Source of the DNA: Kondoa subrosea | Lineage: Eukaryota | Reading direction: 5' to 3' | Assembly (NCBI GenBank): GCA_039545335.1 | Contig: BCIN01000006.1 | Location: forward strand, 1,054,001-1,118,000 | DNA length: 64,000 nucleotides | In this document: piece after piece, positions 49,027-61,598 of the stretch | How positions within the stretch are numbered: the first letter of the stretch is position 1 | Layout: each line of letters begins with the position of its first letter | Notes under the pieces: generated by a model | The model's database searches: none | What the model was told of the DNA's origin: nothing | The model's input: the letters and a program-made list of their open reading frames with translations, nothing else | Made by a program: the position numbers and the translations under genes

Positions 49027-51786
49027 TTATACATCGGTTTGTTGAGCTGCCGCTTCCGCTCCTTCATCTTCATCCTCTGTACTTCCATTCACTGACTCTT
49101 CATCATTGTAAAGAGAGTAAATCTGAGCAATATAGATCAGTCCGAGCAGAATGATCCGATCGGGAACACCTGCCGTATCTTCTTCTTCCGGTGTCAAGAC
49201 CATGGCGAGAAGAGCTTGAGCTGGAGTAGAAGCTTCTTCCAAGACTTTCCTGTCAGGGACCGACATCCATTCAGGCGCTTCTGCAAAAGCTACTCTGCCA
49301 ATCGCAACGGTGAACATCTCGAAAATACCAAGATAGTCCCTTGTCGAGGCTGAAAGCTTTACTTTGAGTTGAAGTGGTGTTCCAGGTGTGGCAGCGAGAT
49401 AGAAGAGAAGTCGTAAAGCCGCAACTGCTCGATTGGCGATACTAGCATCATGACAGAGCCCTCAACATATTTCATCTTGACAAGAGCATGCATCTTACAT
49501 ATCTGCATTCAAGCCAATATAACCTTCTCCGTCACTGTCGAAGAGTAGCCCAGTATCGTAGGCTATTCGAGTAATCAATCTAGGTATGAGTGAAGGCGAC
49601 TGGGAGAGGAAGAGCACAGCATCATCGTTCTTGATGCTGATCATGGCTAGTAAAGAGATGATGGAAGTATGAACAGTGCAAGATTGGCGAAGCGAAAGAC
49701 CAGTCTTGCTATAGTGGAGATACGACGAAAGACGTTCGAGAAGTGGTATTACACCCTCAGCGTATCGTTCTGAAGATTTAGCGAAGGTTATTGCGAGTAA
49801 AGGTCGAAACAGATTGGCTTCTGCTTCAACGATTCAGCAAAGAATGGGAGATTTTGTGGTATACTCACGATAAGCAAACAGGCTTAGCGTCTGTACCGTC
49901 CTTAGTAGTAATGTAGGTGCGTTTTCTCGTTCCAGCAAATGTCTGAAAACAGATGGCTCAGATGCCAGGATCCGTTCCAGCCTTATTTACACATCAGTAT
50001 TGCTCTGTCAAGCACATAAGAGTCACATACCCGTTCATGCTGTTAGGATCAGGATTCCATGCCAAAGCAGCATAAACATCTACGACAGGTAACAGCAGCG
50101 CTTCCTGCAAATGAATTTTATCTTGCCTAAGCTTCTTCTCTTCTCGAATTTCCATATCCACTCTCTCCTTCTTGGAAAGATACAAAGGTGGTCTATTTAT
50201 TCCGGTGTTGCTCGTAGAAGAAGCTTTAAGCGCTGCAACGTTCAGGACGAATTCCGGTCCATCGTCGTCGAAGTCGTTTTTGGGTTGCGCTTTAACACCG
50301 CCTGAATGTTTGCTTATGATCAATGCAAGAGTTTGATGAAGAGACGAATGTTCTGCTGAAGGTGATGGAAAGCGATCTGAGCCATTCAAGAAAAACAGGC
50401 CAAAGAGAGGAAAACGAAATGTCAAGTGAGAAATGAGAGATAAGCAAGTAATGAGATGAGTAGTCTAGATTCGCTTAAATGAGTGTAATTTTTGACAGAT
50501 GACACTTTTACATACAAGATTCAGCTCGAACAACAGCTTTGCCAAATCTGCTAATCCTTGACCAATTCCAGCTATGAGCAAATCCGCATCTTCTTGCAAA
50601 GTCAGGTGTGCTTCTTGTCTACCCATCGCAGCGAAGATAGAAGTACAGATAGCATTTTGCCTCGAGAGAGTTTCTGGAGTTGCAATGTCGGAGAGAAATT
50701 GAATGTTGACTAGTGAATAAAAAGCAGAGATGGGCTTTAGCATAGAGTGCGTTTGATCCAAATGCGAAGCGGCTGCATTTGTACTCGAGGGTAAATTGGC
50801 AGGCAAAATGCGATGATTCAGTAAGGTGCTCGTGATCTGTGACGCCGTCGACTTAATGCTCACCTGGATCACACTGATTCATCACTTACCTGAGATCTTA
50901 GACTTGTGGTACTGCTTTCAGGTACTTCAAGCGTCGTATCCTCCAAGTGCTGATCGGGCATAGCATCCATATCTACATCTGTTCGACTAGGGGTAGACGT
51001 AATGTTCTCTCCGGCTTGCTGCTCGCTCTGATCTACGTCCATCCTTGTGCTCTGAGCCGCTGCTGGCGATTTTGTAGGAGACGAAGCGGCTTTGACAGGT
51101 TCAGGCGGCGGAGCGAAAGTATTGCTGAACCCCTTGAAAGTGGATCGCATGGTTGTGGGTGTAGTCTTAGTAGTACTAGCTGTTCGTTTGCTCGTTGGCG
51201 TTCGACGAGCGGATCCTCTAGGTTGCGCTTGTGCTAATCTTGCCTTTCTGGCTGCAGCTTCCGCTTCTTGCCTCTGATACAAAAATCTTATAAGCTGGTA
51301 CTCGATGTTATATAATTTCTGGTAAATATATACCTCAAAAGCCATCTTTGTCTTCTGCGCTTCCAAATCCCTCTTGAACTGAGCATTCATTTCACCAATC
51401 TGATTATCCTTCTTCTTATTCTCTTGCAAAGCTTCTTGCAACTTTGCTTGCAATCCTTGATCCGCAACTTGTTTCGATCTCCGTAAAGTGGATACTTCTC
51501 CTTGTAGCCTTAGAGTATCAGCTTTCATCTTCTCCAATTCTTGCTCCAATAACTTCGTTCGATCATTTTCGGTCGAAGCAGTTAGACGAGCTCGTTTAGC
51601 TTGAGGTTGGTAAGAAGAGGAAGATCCGTAAGACGGTTGTTGTTGATGTTGCAATGGTTGTGGTGCAGTTGCTGGTTGAAGATGATGATGATGAGCTTGA
51701 GTAGCAGCTGCTGATTCTACTTTATCCCAATCTACATTGGCAAGATCGTCATTGAAACCATCATCAAATTCATCAAAGTCTGACAT
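49027..51786 (-). CDS. Rad26/ATRIP/Lcd1-like DNA damage checkpoint protein (putative)
   Basis: Acidic N-terminus MSDFDEFDDGFNDDL (RPA-binding-like), coiled coil with QGEVSTLRR, helical middle exons, C-terminal AIGRVAF...AQALLAMVLTPEEED resembling the fungal Rad26 C-terminus. Confidence 0.65.
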
Positions 51787-52136
51787 CTTGAATGAGCGAG
51801 CGATGAACGAGAGATACCAAGTGCAGAGATGTAATCAAATGAAATTCGCAGGAGGAGCTGCTAGCAGGGCATATACAAAGCCGCACGACCTAGTAAAGTG
51901 CGAAGGAAGTTGTTTAGCTCTACAAGAGCCTTGTAGCGTCCGTCCAGCGAGACTAAGGCTGATTCAACTTCTCAATAGCAGCGCGAGAGAATGCTGGGGA
52001 ATCAGTTTCCCGAGTTTATACCAAGGTAAGGTATCTATCAGACTGTGGTATCCGCCTCTCGAGGTCTCATGCTCGTTCACAAACAACTTTCATGCGTCTT
52101 GACAGAAACCACGAAACTCCCGAGCTGTGTTAGGAA

Positions 52137-53713
52137 ATGGCAGCTACTGTATTAAGTCAAGATGTGCCTACAACGACGGATGGAAGTGAGATGAAAATCA
52201 AAGTCACTCATTTGGACCATGAAAGGATAAATTTCGTTTTGGATGGTGTCGAGCTAGGGTAAGCCCAACGTGCGCTGTGGAGCCTTGCCATGAGCTCACA
52301 TGAGGCTGGTACAGACTGGCGAATGCACTACGGAGGACTATGATTGCAGATATCCCTACTCTTGGTGTGCCGTGAATTACCTCGTTTGAGCGTGCAGCTC
52401 ATTCGATGAATCCGGCGTACAGCTATTGAATTCGTCATCATCAAAGAAAACTCTTCAGTCTTAGCAGATGAATTCCTCGCACATCGGTTAGGGATGATTC
52501 CATTGATTTCTGAAGGCATGGAACGCTATATTCAAAATACACGAGAGGTGAGGCTAACTTCTTAAATCTACACTGATTGAGCTGACGAGGGATAACAGGA
52601 ATGCGACTGTTTACCGCCTGCAGATACGCCAGCTGAAGATTATTACGGATGCGATAAATGCACAATAGAATATACCTTGAAAGTGAAAGCTGTTGGTAGG
52701 ACTCTGGCAGTCACTACTAGACAATTGGTCGTTTCTGCTACTAGGGATGGTCAGACAAGGGAACAAGTAGGACAACCGTATGGTGAGTTCTTAGTAATGC
52801 ACTCATGTTTCACAAGATGACACTCAATACAGAGGAACCTGGATCAAGAGGGATTCTGCTGTGCAAATTAGGAGATAAACAAGAACTAGATTTAAGAGCT
52901 TATGCATACAAGGTTCGTACTACTGTTTTCGATTCGAGAGTTTTCGATTCGATGCCAGGTACACGACAGGGCATTGCGCAAGAACACGCCAAATGGAGTG
53001 CAACATCAGCAGTAGGCTTCGAGTATGACCCGCACAATCGATTACAGCATACGGATCTTTGGTATGAAGTTGGAACGAAACCTGAACTTGAATGGCCCGC
53101 TTCAAAAAATGCTCATGTGCGTCAGATGTTTGTGTTATATTAGACTAGCTCTAATTATAGGCTATCATTTGTGCACAGCTTGAACGAGCGCCGAGGGAAG
53201 ATGAAGGTGTTGATTGGGCCCATAAACCTTCGCGGTTCTACTATGATGTGGAAGCTTCCGGTTCACTAAAACCAGAAGATATAGTACAAAAGGTTCGTGG
53301 ACTATTGAATCCAAATCATAAATTCATGATTGGATCGGATTGTCGCGCACAGGGCTTGGATATCTTGATTGGGAAACTCGCGGGCGTCAAACAAGGTGTT
53401 CAAGATCTTTTAGCATCAGGAGCTCAAGCGCAACAACCTTTTCAACCGGAATTCAATCCTGCAGCTCATGGTGCTGCTACACCTGCTTATCAACCTTCAG
53501 GTCAAACGCCGGCTTATGGAGGTGCTGGTGGTCGAACGAATTACAATTACGGAGGTGAGTCTCTTTGTCTGATACAAAGGGAATGAAGTTGATGATTTTG
53601 AGAAAAGGGAATACTAATTATGGAGGAGCGACTGCTCCTTATGGTCAGTAGTCTAGTATCGTGCTCAGTATATCATCTCTGACATTCTTTGCGCTTCAGG
53701 TGGTGGGTATTGA
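52137..53713 (+). CDS. RPB3: RNA polymerase II subunit Rpb3
   Basis: [40 protein letters not shown]...CDKC zinc site, [38 protein letters not shown]. Confidence 0.95.
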
Positions 53714-53930
53714 GGTGATTTCGACTGTGTCGAACGTATGTACAGATTGTCTGCAACTGGAATTGGGCGATTGAGCAGGATTGCTAGCCATTGTATTGCA
53801 GAATTCCACGTCTATGCTGGACTCCTCGACGAGATTCTGTCTAGCGAGCGGAACACGGGTAAATCTAAATGCATAATCCGGATCAGATAATGCACTTTGT
53901 AAAGATACCACGAACTGCGATTGTAACCAT

Positions 53931-56900
53931 ATGAACTCGGAGCTAAAGCAGCGCAAAGGCCCGCCGCTGGGTGATAGCAAGTCGTTCAACCCAGCAGAAG
54001 AGCAGCCAAAAAACAATGAGAAGCGCTTTGGCCGAACACCATCTGGACAAGTCTTTGAGATCCCCAAGACGCCAGATGTGCTCAAAGTATTCAGTCCATA
54101 TCAAGCCAAGTCTTCTGTGGACTATGTCCTACTTGCGTCCCTTGCATTGCAATGCGTGCTCTTCTTTGTACTCCCAACTTCTGTTGCTCGCTACTTCTTT
54201 ATGGTCTACTTCGCTGTATGGAGATTGGCATATAATGCGGGTCTAGGCTATGTTTTGCGGAAGCAGAGCTCACACAAATGGATTGTTCGCAAAGCTCAAG
54301 CTTCCGGTGTAATGGACAAATCATGGATCAAATCAGCTCTTTCAGCTCGCATGGCTTCTTCTAACTACAAGTACGAAGATCTGCCCTTTGAATACAATGT
54401 TTGGTTGGCTTTCCGATTCGGAGTGGATTTGATTCTCCTCAACGATTTCACAAGCTATTGCTTCTGCGCTTTCTCTTGGTGTACCGATTTGTCGCATCAA
54501 TCACTGGCTTTCAATGTCATGCGCTGGACTTTGGGTGTTAGCTTGATCATCTTCAATATCTTTGTGAAATACGATGCGCATCGAATAGTGACGGATCTAG
54601 CATGGTCAGTATGGAGGTTGTTTGATTACCTGATGCTATGGCTGAGCATTTCGAATCTGTCAGGTATTGGGCAGACTGTTTCTTCACATCTTTGAAGGAT
54701 TTGGTTTTCGATGGCGTGTTCGAATTGGCACCTCACCCGATGTATTCAGTAGGGTAAGCATCATAAGTTGCCGTCTACGGTTGTTAGCTCATTTTTATGT
54801 TAAGATACTCTGGCTTCTATGGACTTTCGTTGATTATGGGATCGCAAACTATTCTATTCGTCTCCTTAATTGCGCATATCAGCCAGTTTGTGTTTTTAAT
54901 ATGGTTCGAGGTCAGTGTAGCACAAGTCTTTCAGCTCGTGCTGATATGATTGTCATCAATGACAGAACCCTCGTATGTTCAGTTATACATATTCAACAAC
55001 TGTGCTGAGTATCAGGCAGACATCGCTAGAACTTATGGCTCACGCAAACCATTGGCAAATCGTATTCCTCTAGATACGCCTCTGCCCGGTATCGAAGCAG
55101 CACATCAAGAAGAAGACATCCCAGTAGTCCAAGAAGTGCCCATGTCAACTCCCTCGCAAACAGCAGATGACACGGAGAGCGAAACAGAAACAGACGATTT
55201 GCCTGATCTACCTACTCCAAGAGCAGCTAGAAGCCCTCAATTCGCTAGAAGGCCTTCTGAAGTTGGTCGTCCTATAACTCAGCATGATCTAGACAACCGC
55301 TACTTTCTCAATGAGTTGATAGTACTGAAGAATTTCGACCCTTTCCGCAGTCGTGATTTGACCTATGCGCTGTCACTGCTCTACTGTGTCTGCTTTATCT
55401 TCTTGCCATCAATAAACAAGAATTTGCGAATAGTAGTCGCCTTCTCTAATGCTCTTCTTTGGCGTCTGTTTCACTCAGCTGCTCTTGGAACGGCTCTATA
55501 CAAGCAATCCAAAGGAAAATGGATCGTTCGCCATTTCCTGAAACATTACTACTACGAGAACGAGCAAACGTTTGGTCCAGTACAAGACGCATTCAGGAAT
55601 TGGAGTGGAATATACAACTTCAGTTTGGTCATGACCTACATCTCCTTTGCTGGTTTGGCTTGGAATTGCTATCGAGTACCAACGGATTGGACAATCGCTT
55701 CAGAAACTTTGAGGCATACATTCGGTGTTTTATTGATTGGATTGCATGTTTGGTGCGCGAGGGAAACATATGAAGTGCTCGGAAGTGCTGGGTGGTTTTA
55801 TGCAGATTTCTTCGTACGCTTGATACAGTCACAAGTGAAGTTGGCTATATTGATACCTATCTTAGCTGGAAGACTACCCAAAGAAACTCTATTATACAGG
55901 TATCTACCGCTTTTTGAATGTAAGTCAGCTCAAAGCCAGCCCGAAGCTGGACTGACTCCGTTGAACAGAATCCGGAAAGAATTATGGGGGGCGCTGCCTT
56001 TTTTGGCTTAAGTCTCTTGAGTGGAAGCAAGCTCGTTGCCGCACTCGCTGTCTTTTCTCTTTTCAGTCATTGGATCTTCTTGACTCGAGTCGAAAACCCT
56101 CATATGCGAAAACTCTATGGTGATTCGATCCGAAAAGAATCAGGTGTGAGCAAAACGGTCAGAAAGGTTGTCAGACAGAATAGCGCAAGAGCTCCCGTTC
56201 CGCTCAGGAAGAAAATGCAAGAATTTCAAGGTCCGATCGAGAAAGTTTACAGTGAGGCATCGAGCTTCCTGGAGGATTTCATTGGCAAGTGTGAGTGATC
56301 TAGGCCTCCCTTCTGATTTGTATTGACATGATCTGGCAGCTGGAACGTCGGTAGCCGAATATATGCACGATGCGAAATTGAAATTGGTACAGTCTCAAGA
56401 CATGCTGTCGATCACGTAAGCGGTATCTTTTCTGACGCCAATCTCTACTCAAATCCGGCTTGCAGGCGTATATCAAATCTGGATGGCTTGAACTTGTCAC
56501 AATACAGCTTACAACTCTCAGTCCCTTTGACAAGGAGTAACACTGCTCGCTATCACATAGGCGAACGCATTTCCCTACAATGGTCTGCCCCTTCGGATCA
56601 TGCTCGATCAGACTGGATAGGTCTTTACCCAGCAACAGCGAACAATAGCAGAACTTTCACTAGAACAGTCTCGCATGGTCGATGGATTGGCTTAAATCAG
56701 GATGATTGGCAAGGAGATACATATTCACCCAAACAACATGAGCAAATATTGGATGGAGAGATTAGTAAAGGCAATGTTGTGTTTGATGATTTGGAGAAGT
56801 TGCCGCTGAAGGTGGGAAGCTGGGAAGCGAGGTAAATTTTCCTGTTCAATGTCATTGAAAACAGGTTGACAAAGAAATAGATACCATCATGCTGGCCATC

Positions 56901-57403
56901 ACTCTGTTCTAGCGATAACAGAGCCTTTTGAAGTATACGGTAAGACTTTCAGCTTTCACGCAGATTAGAAACTGAAGCCTATCGATAGTAACTACACCTT
57001 CGAACGCGGATGACGCGAATGAAGTCCATCAAGCGCTGAAGACTACCATTCGTTACATATTGCGAGAAGAGCATTCACCTGTAGACAGGAGTAAACCGCT
57101 TAGCAATATCGACGACTTCGTCCTATATTCGCAACAACAAGCCAGATTGATCGCTTATGCCATCAAAGAGGTTAGCTCAAGCCATTCATTCTGACTTTCG
57201 GCGCTGAATAATGATTGTCAGTCTTGTCAAGTTGATCTCGTCTCCGAGGTTGTGGTCGCGTCTTCAAATGTCAAAGATGTGAGCCTGACCTTGCGATTAC
57301 TGATAAGAACCGTTCTCTAATACATTTCGAGTAGCTCTCCACCCGTGTAGTCGAAGCAAGGAAACTACTGAAAGTTCAGCCGAGTACAGCAATCAGTCTT
57401 TGA
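53931..57403 (+). CDS. CHO2: Phosphatidylethanolamine N-methyltransferase Cho2
   Basis: [81 protein letters not shown] (twice), GWFYADFF, and a C-terminal DWIGLY-type domain. Confidence 0.95.
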
Positions 57404-57691
57404 GGTTTTACCTTTGTATTAGATAAATCTATATTGTCTCATTGATAATACAACTTCGCGTTATTCCACGACGGGCAAAAGAGGTGTCAACTTTCGATAC
57501 TTGACCCTGAAGAATATGACTTGTGAGAAGAGGTGTATCTTTCGAAATAAGATCGAGGCAGTTGGTCTTAAAAGAAGAAGATGTCACGGGCGGAAGAGAA
57601 GAAGGAAAGTTTAAAAAATCGATGCAAGTTTCAATAATGTCATTCCAATTCCCTTGCTCTTATATTGGAGACCACGAAAATGCAAGTATAC

Positions 57692-58090
57692 TTATGCTGC
57701 CTGATTGGCCACCAATTGCTGCAAAAGATTGGAGATCTTTGAGATATCGAGCTTGATCGCTTTCACATCGACCTTGATCTCTTCCACATCGATCCTAATT
57801 TCCTTGACATCGGTCTCGAGATTATCGACCCGAGCTTCCAGCGAATTGACAGAAATGTCGAGCCCAGACATCTGGGTCCTCATAAGTTCCACATTTTCGT
57901 TTGTTTCTCGATGGCGATCGGCCACAGCCAAGCTTTCAGTTGCTAAACAGACATAAGTATGCGGATCGAGCCAAAGAACAGGACGCACAGAATGAAGCAG
58001 GGATATTAGCAGCGTTGCTTTGCGCTTGGTCGATCTGCAGGCAATTTTAGTCAAGGAAAGCGCATGATCAGACTCGCCTACCGGGGACAT
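57692..58090 (-). CDS. Small heptad-repeat coiled-coil protein
   Basis: Spliced model MSP|IDQAQSNAANIPASFS|TESLAVADRHRE...LEARVDNLETDVKEIRIDVEEIKVDVKAIKLDISKISNLLQQL, with two canonical introns plus a probable 5'UTR intron (58142-58190). Confidence 0.55.
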   Translation of the reverse strand: MSPVGESDHALSLTKIACRSTKRKATLLISLLHSVRPVLWLDPHTYVCLATESLAVADRHRETNENVELMRTQMSGLDISVNSLEARVDNLETDVKEIRIDVEEIKVDVKAIKLDISKISNLLQQLVANQAA

Positions 58091-58825
58091 AGGTCTTGCG
58101 CCAGTGCGATTGGGATTCCGGAAATCAGGAAGGTTAGAGCTCTGTAGCATCGTGTCAGTATACTTTATCGCTGGTGGGGATCATACTTACGTCTGATCGA
58201 GGCAGCTATCCAGTCCAGTTCGAATCAGATGAAAATCATCATAAAAGCTTTGGCTTGAGGAGACTCACACGAGAGAGGCTAGATGCGTCCGACAACGAGC
58301 TATCCCCTGAGTCCAAGATTGCTTTACTTTCGCGATAATCCATCTGTAGTTGATGTATTCGTTAGTTCGGTATGCCTCCCTTGCCTGACAGAGTACACGA
58401 ACCCTTGTCAACGTTTGCAGGCAGACACTGCTCAGGTCGAAGACAAATGCGTCTAGATTGTAGCTTTTCTTCTCATCCATAATCATGCCACGTTCTACAG
58501 AAACTGTATCTGTGGAATTTCTTGAATCTGACCGGAATATATAGGAATACAGAGGAAATGCAGGGTATCTAAGGATAGCAACGAATAGTTGAAAGGGCAG
58601 GGTCAGGTCCAAAGGCGAACTCGAAGTTTAAAATTGGCAAAACAGAGTCAACATCCAAGTATCGCCGTCAGTTTCCACAGTGATGGACGGTCAATTTTTG
58701 TAACTTGATCACTCTTCTGTCGGTCGTATTGTGATATGAGGTGATATGGGAACGGAACAACCTTGATTGTGATCATTCGATTCTTGCTCTCAAACGCTTC
58801 TTAGCTATTCAATAGCTTATTCAAT

Positions 58826-60223
58826 ATGTCCTCAAGTCCTGTCACACGAGGATCTGCACGATCTGTCAAGAGAGCCAGTAGTCCTGTGTCCCCTTCAACA
58901 CCTGCTGCCAAAAAGATCAAAGCAAGTCCAAAGAAAGCAAGCTCTCCCTCGAAGCCGCCTGTTCTTCCCACATATGGCACTCTAGTAGAGACTCAATTGA
59001 CTGTAGACTCTCCTCTGTCTTTCTCTATTGAAGAAGCCAAGGCATGTCTATGCAACATTGACCCCCGTTGGAAAAGCATCATGTCTTCTATCCCTTGCAA
59101 GCCTTTTGAGACCTCTGTCGACGACTCCGGAGAGCCTCTAGCTCATGTCAACCCTTTCCGCTCACTTTGTACTTCTATTATCGGTCAGCAAGTTTCTTGG
59201 TTAGCTGCAAGAGCAATCAACCACAAGTTTCAGCGACTCTTCTTCCCTGATCTACCAGAGAAATACGAAGCGGGAGTGCTGACACCTTTTCCTACACCTG
59301 CCCAAGTCTTAGACAAGTCTCACGAGGAGTTGAGAACTGCCGGTCTGAGTGGGAGAAAAGTCGAATACGTCCAGGAGATCGCTGCACGATTCGGTGATGG
59401 GAGATTGACTGCTGAGACGATCATAAAGATGAGCGACGAGGAAGTGTACAAGGAGCTCATTCAGGTCGGTATTGTCGACGATGTGCGCCTGCGCTGGACG
59501 CTCATTCCTAGTACAGATTCGTGGAATTGGTGCATGGACAATCGAGATGTTTTTGCTCTTCACTTTGCGGCGCCCAGATGTAATCTCGCCTGGTGATCTT
59601 GGTAATTCTAGTCTCCTGAGGTCCTTAATCTATAGCTGATGGATCTCTCTGCAGGTCTGCAGAAGGGTCTAATACGTTTCTTTACATTGGAGAACCCTTC
59701 AATCCTACCTAAGAAGCAGGTCACCCCAAACACTCCTTCTACACCTAAAACAGCAGTCAAACGAGCGAAATTGGAACTGGTTAAGCAAGAAGAGCCAGAA
59801 CCACTGTTGGCACCTGGAGGCCCCGACGATGAACCAGATCTTCCCGATACTTTACTTCGCCAAGTCACTCCTCCTACCCAGACTGAAGGAGAAGAGAATG
59901 TAGTCAAATTGGAGGATGGGGCTTCTACTCTACCTGAATTCCCAGCAAGTGAAACTCTGACAAGGGAGAAACTAAAGGCGAGATTGACGAAGAAGCTAAA
60001 GTGAGCTCTTCCTACCGAGGGCATAGATTCAGCTAATTGCCCGAAAAGAGGAACGCAATATATATCAGCAAAGGAGATGGAAGAGTTATCTGAACGTTGG
60101 CGACCTTATCGATCCGTTGCGATGTGCGTACTTAACTACATTCTGCAGTGTTGCAGACTGAGTGACAACCTTGTCAGGTACTACTTGTGGTCTTTGGCAG
60201 ATGGAGCGGACTCTGGTAGCTGA
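58826..60223 (+). CDS. MAG1: DNA-3-methyladenine glycosylase (AlkA/Mag1, HhH-GPD)
   Basis: [87 protein letters not shown]. Confidence 0.93.
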
Positions 60224-60261
60224 TTGACACTTGTTCATGTAATTGTAGATGTCATACTTAT

Positions 60262-61309
60262 TTATTTGCCTTGTGTCAATGAAGCTTGTTTCCTTCGAGC
60301 CCTATTCTGTGACTTCGTCTGTTGTAACAACCATTCCAGCACTTCCCCGTCATTCCAATAGAACGCGCTTGTACCAATATTATGAGGTTCGCCTTCCCAG
60401 ATTGTCAACTTGCAAACTTTGCTGCCCGCTTCTTTCAGGTGCGCATCGGATTCTTCTGCAAGGGTGACATTGATGATTTGATCGGCGGTACCGTGGAATG
60501 CCCTGCTAAGTACATGAGGAGAATCGCATTCAACCGAAGCGAGAGACTGACCAGATTGGAATATCAAGGATGTCACTTACGTCCGGCCATTCTGGACCTA
60601 GTTCCCAGCCTCTGAGAGCTCCTGCTAGAGGTACTGCCGCAGTGAAAACGTCGGGTTTGGCGATTCTGTGAAGCGAGATCATCACAGACACTAAGTGAAC
60701 GTGCCACAAGAAGCTCACAAATTACGGTAAGTGCCGAAAGCACCCATGCTATGGCCGGAAACATAGATACGGTCTGTATCCACAGCGCTTTCGCTCATGA
60801 CCTTGTCCAGAATCTTCATCAACCAGTCAGATTGCCATTCGAAACCTTTTGGCCCTCCGAGCGAATGTAGGGGTGAAACCGTAATGAATTCGAGAGCTCT
60901 GTACGACGATTAGTGGCCACTCTGAGCAGAAGAGTTCAGCTTACGCCAATGAAGTCGCTTTGCTAATCTGGCCTTGTTCGAACTAATTTGGGTTCATCAA
61001 CATGAAGTATCACACCGAACCAGAACGAACTTTGTCTATCAGATTTGTTACACCTTCTCTATCTCGAAGGATGTCTATGTCTTCCCCACAATCGCCGAAC
61101 CCATGCAGGAAAAGATGCAGCGGCATAGGTCTAGATGCAGATCCAGCAGGAACACTATCGCAAAGGAATTTCAGGACGAAACAGGATGAGCAAGAGAGAG
61201 AAGCAAACTTGAGCAGGTAGCGATAGCCGCTTGGCTCTATAGCAGGTTGAGGGAGAAGCATCGCAAAGCAAAGCTGGATTCGACAGAGGAGAAGCAAGAC
61301 CAGAAGCAT
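60262..61309 (-). CDS. Secreted alpha/beta-hydrolase, COG4099-like esterase/peptidase
   Basis: Spliced: signal-like MLLVLLLLCRIQLCFA, YRYLL, PLHLFLHGFGDCG, VDTDRIYVSGHSMGAFGT (G-x-S-x-G), FTAAVPLAG, AFHGTAD (Asp), EGEPH (His), VLEWLLQQ. Confidence 0.8.
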
Positions 61310-61598
61310 CTTGAGGCTCGCAGGACAATAGCCCTTCGCGATGTTTCGACAGTACTAGTTCAACTTGATCTTTCTGCTTGTTTTGGCAACAAAGGAGCTG
61401 CAGAATATATGTCGTACTGGCACATCGATGGTTACAAATATCGGCGAGCGCTTTGGTGAGATACGAGATTTGCTGGATCTGTTGCTATTTCGCTGTTACT
61501 GAAGAAGATCATCAAAGCCTGAATCTCGGTGGTTGTTACTGAAGCGACTGGGAATAGTTGCACAAGTCCAGCTTCGTCTGAATCTGTACAAGTACATC

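Noticed and set aside
34113..60223. DNA-repair gene cluster (two HhH-GPD glycosylases plus Rad26-like gene)
   Set aside because: The genes are dispersed over 26 kb among unrelated housekeeping genes, and the glycosylases belong to different subfamilies.
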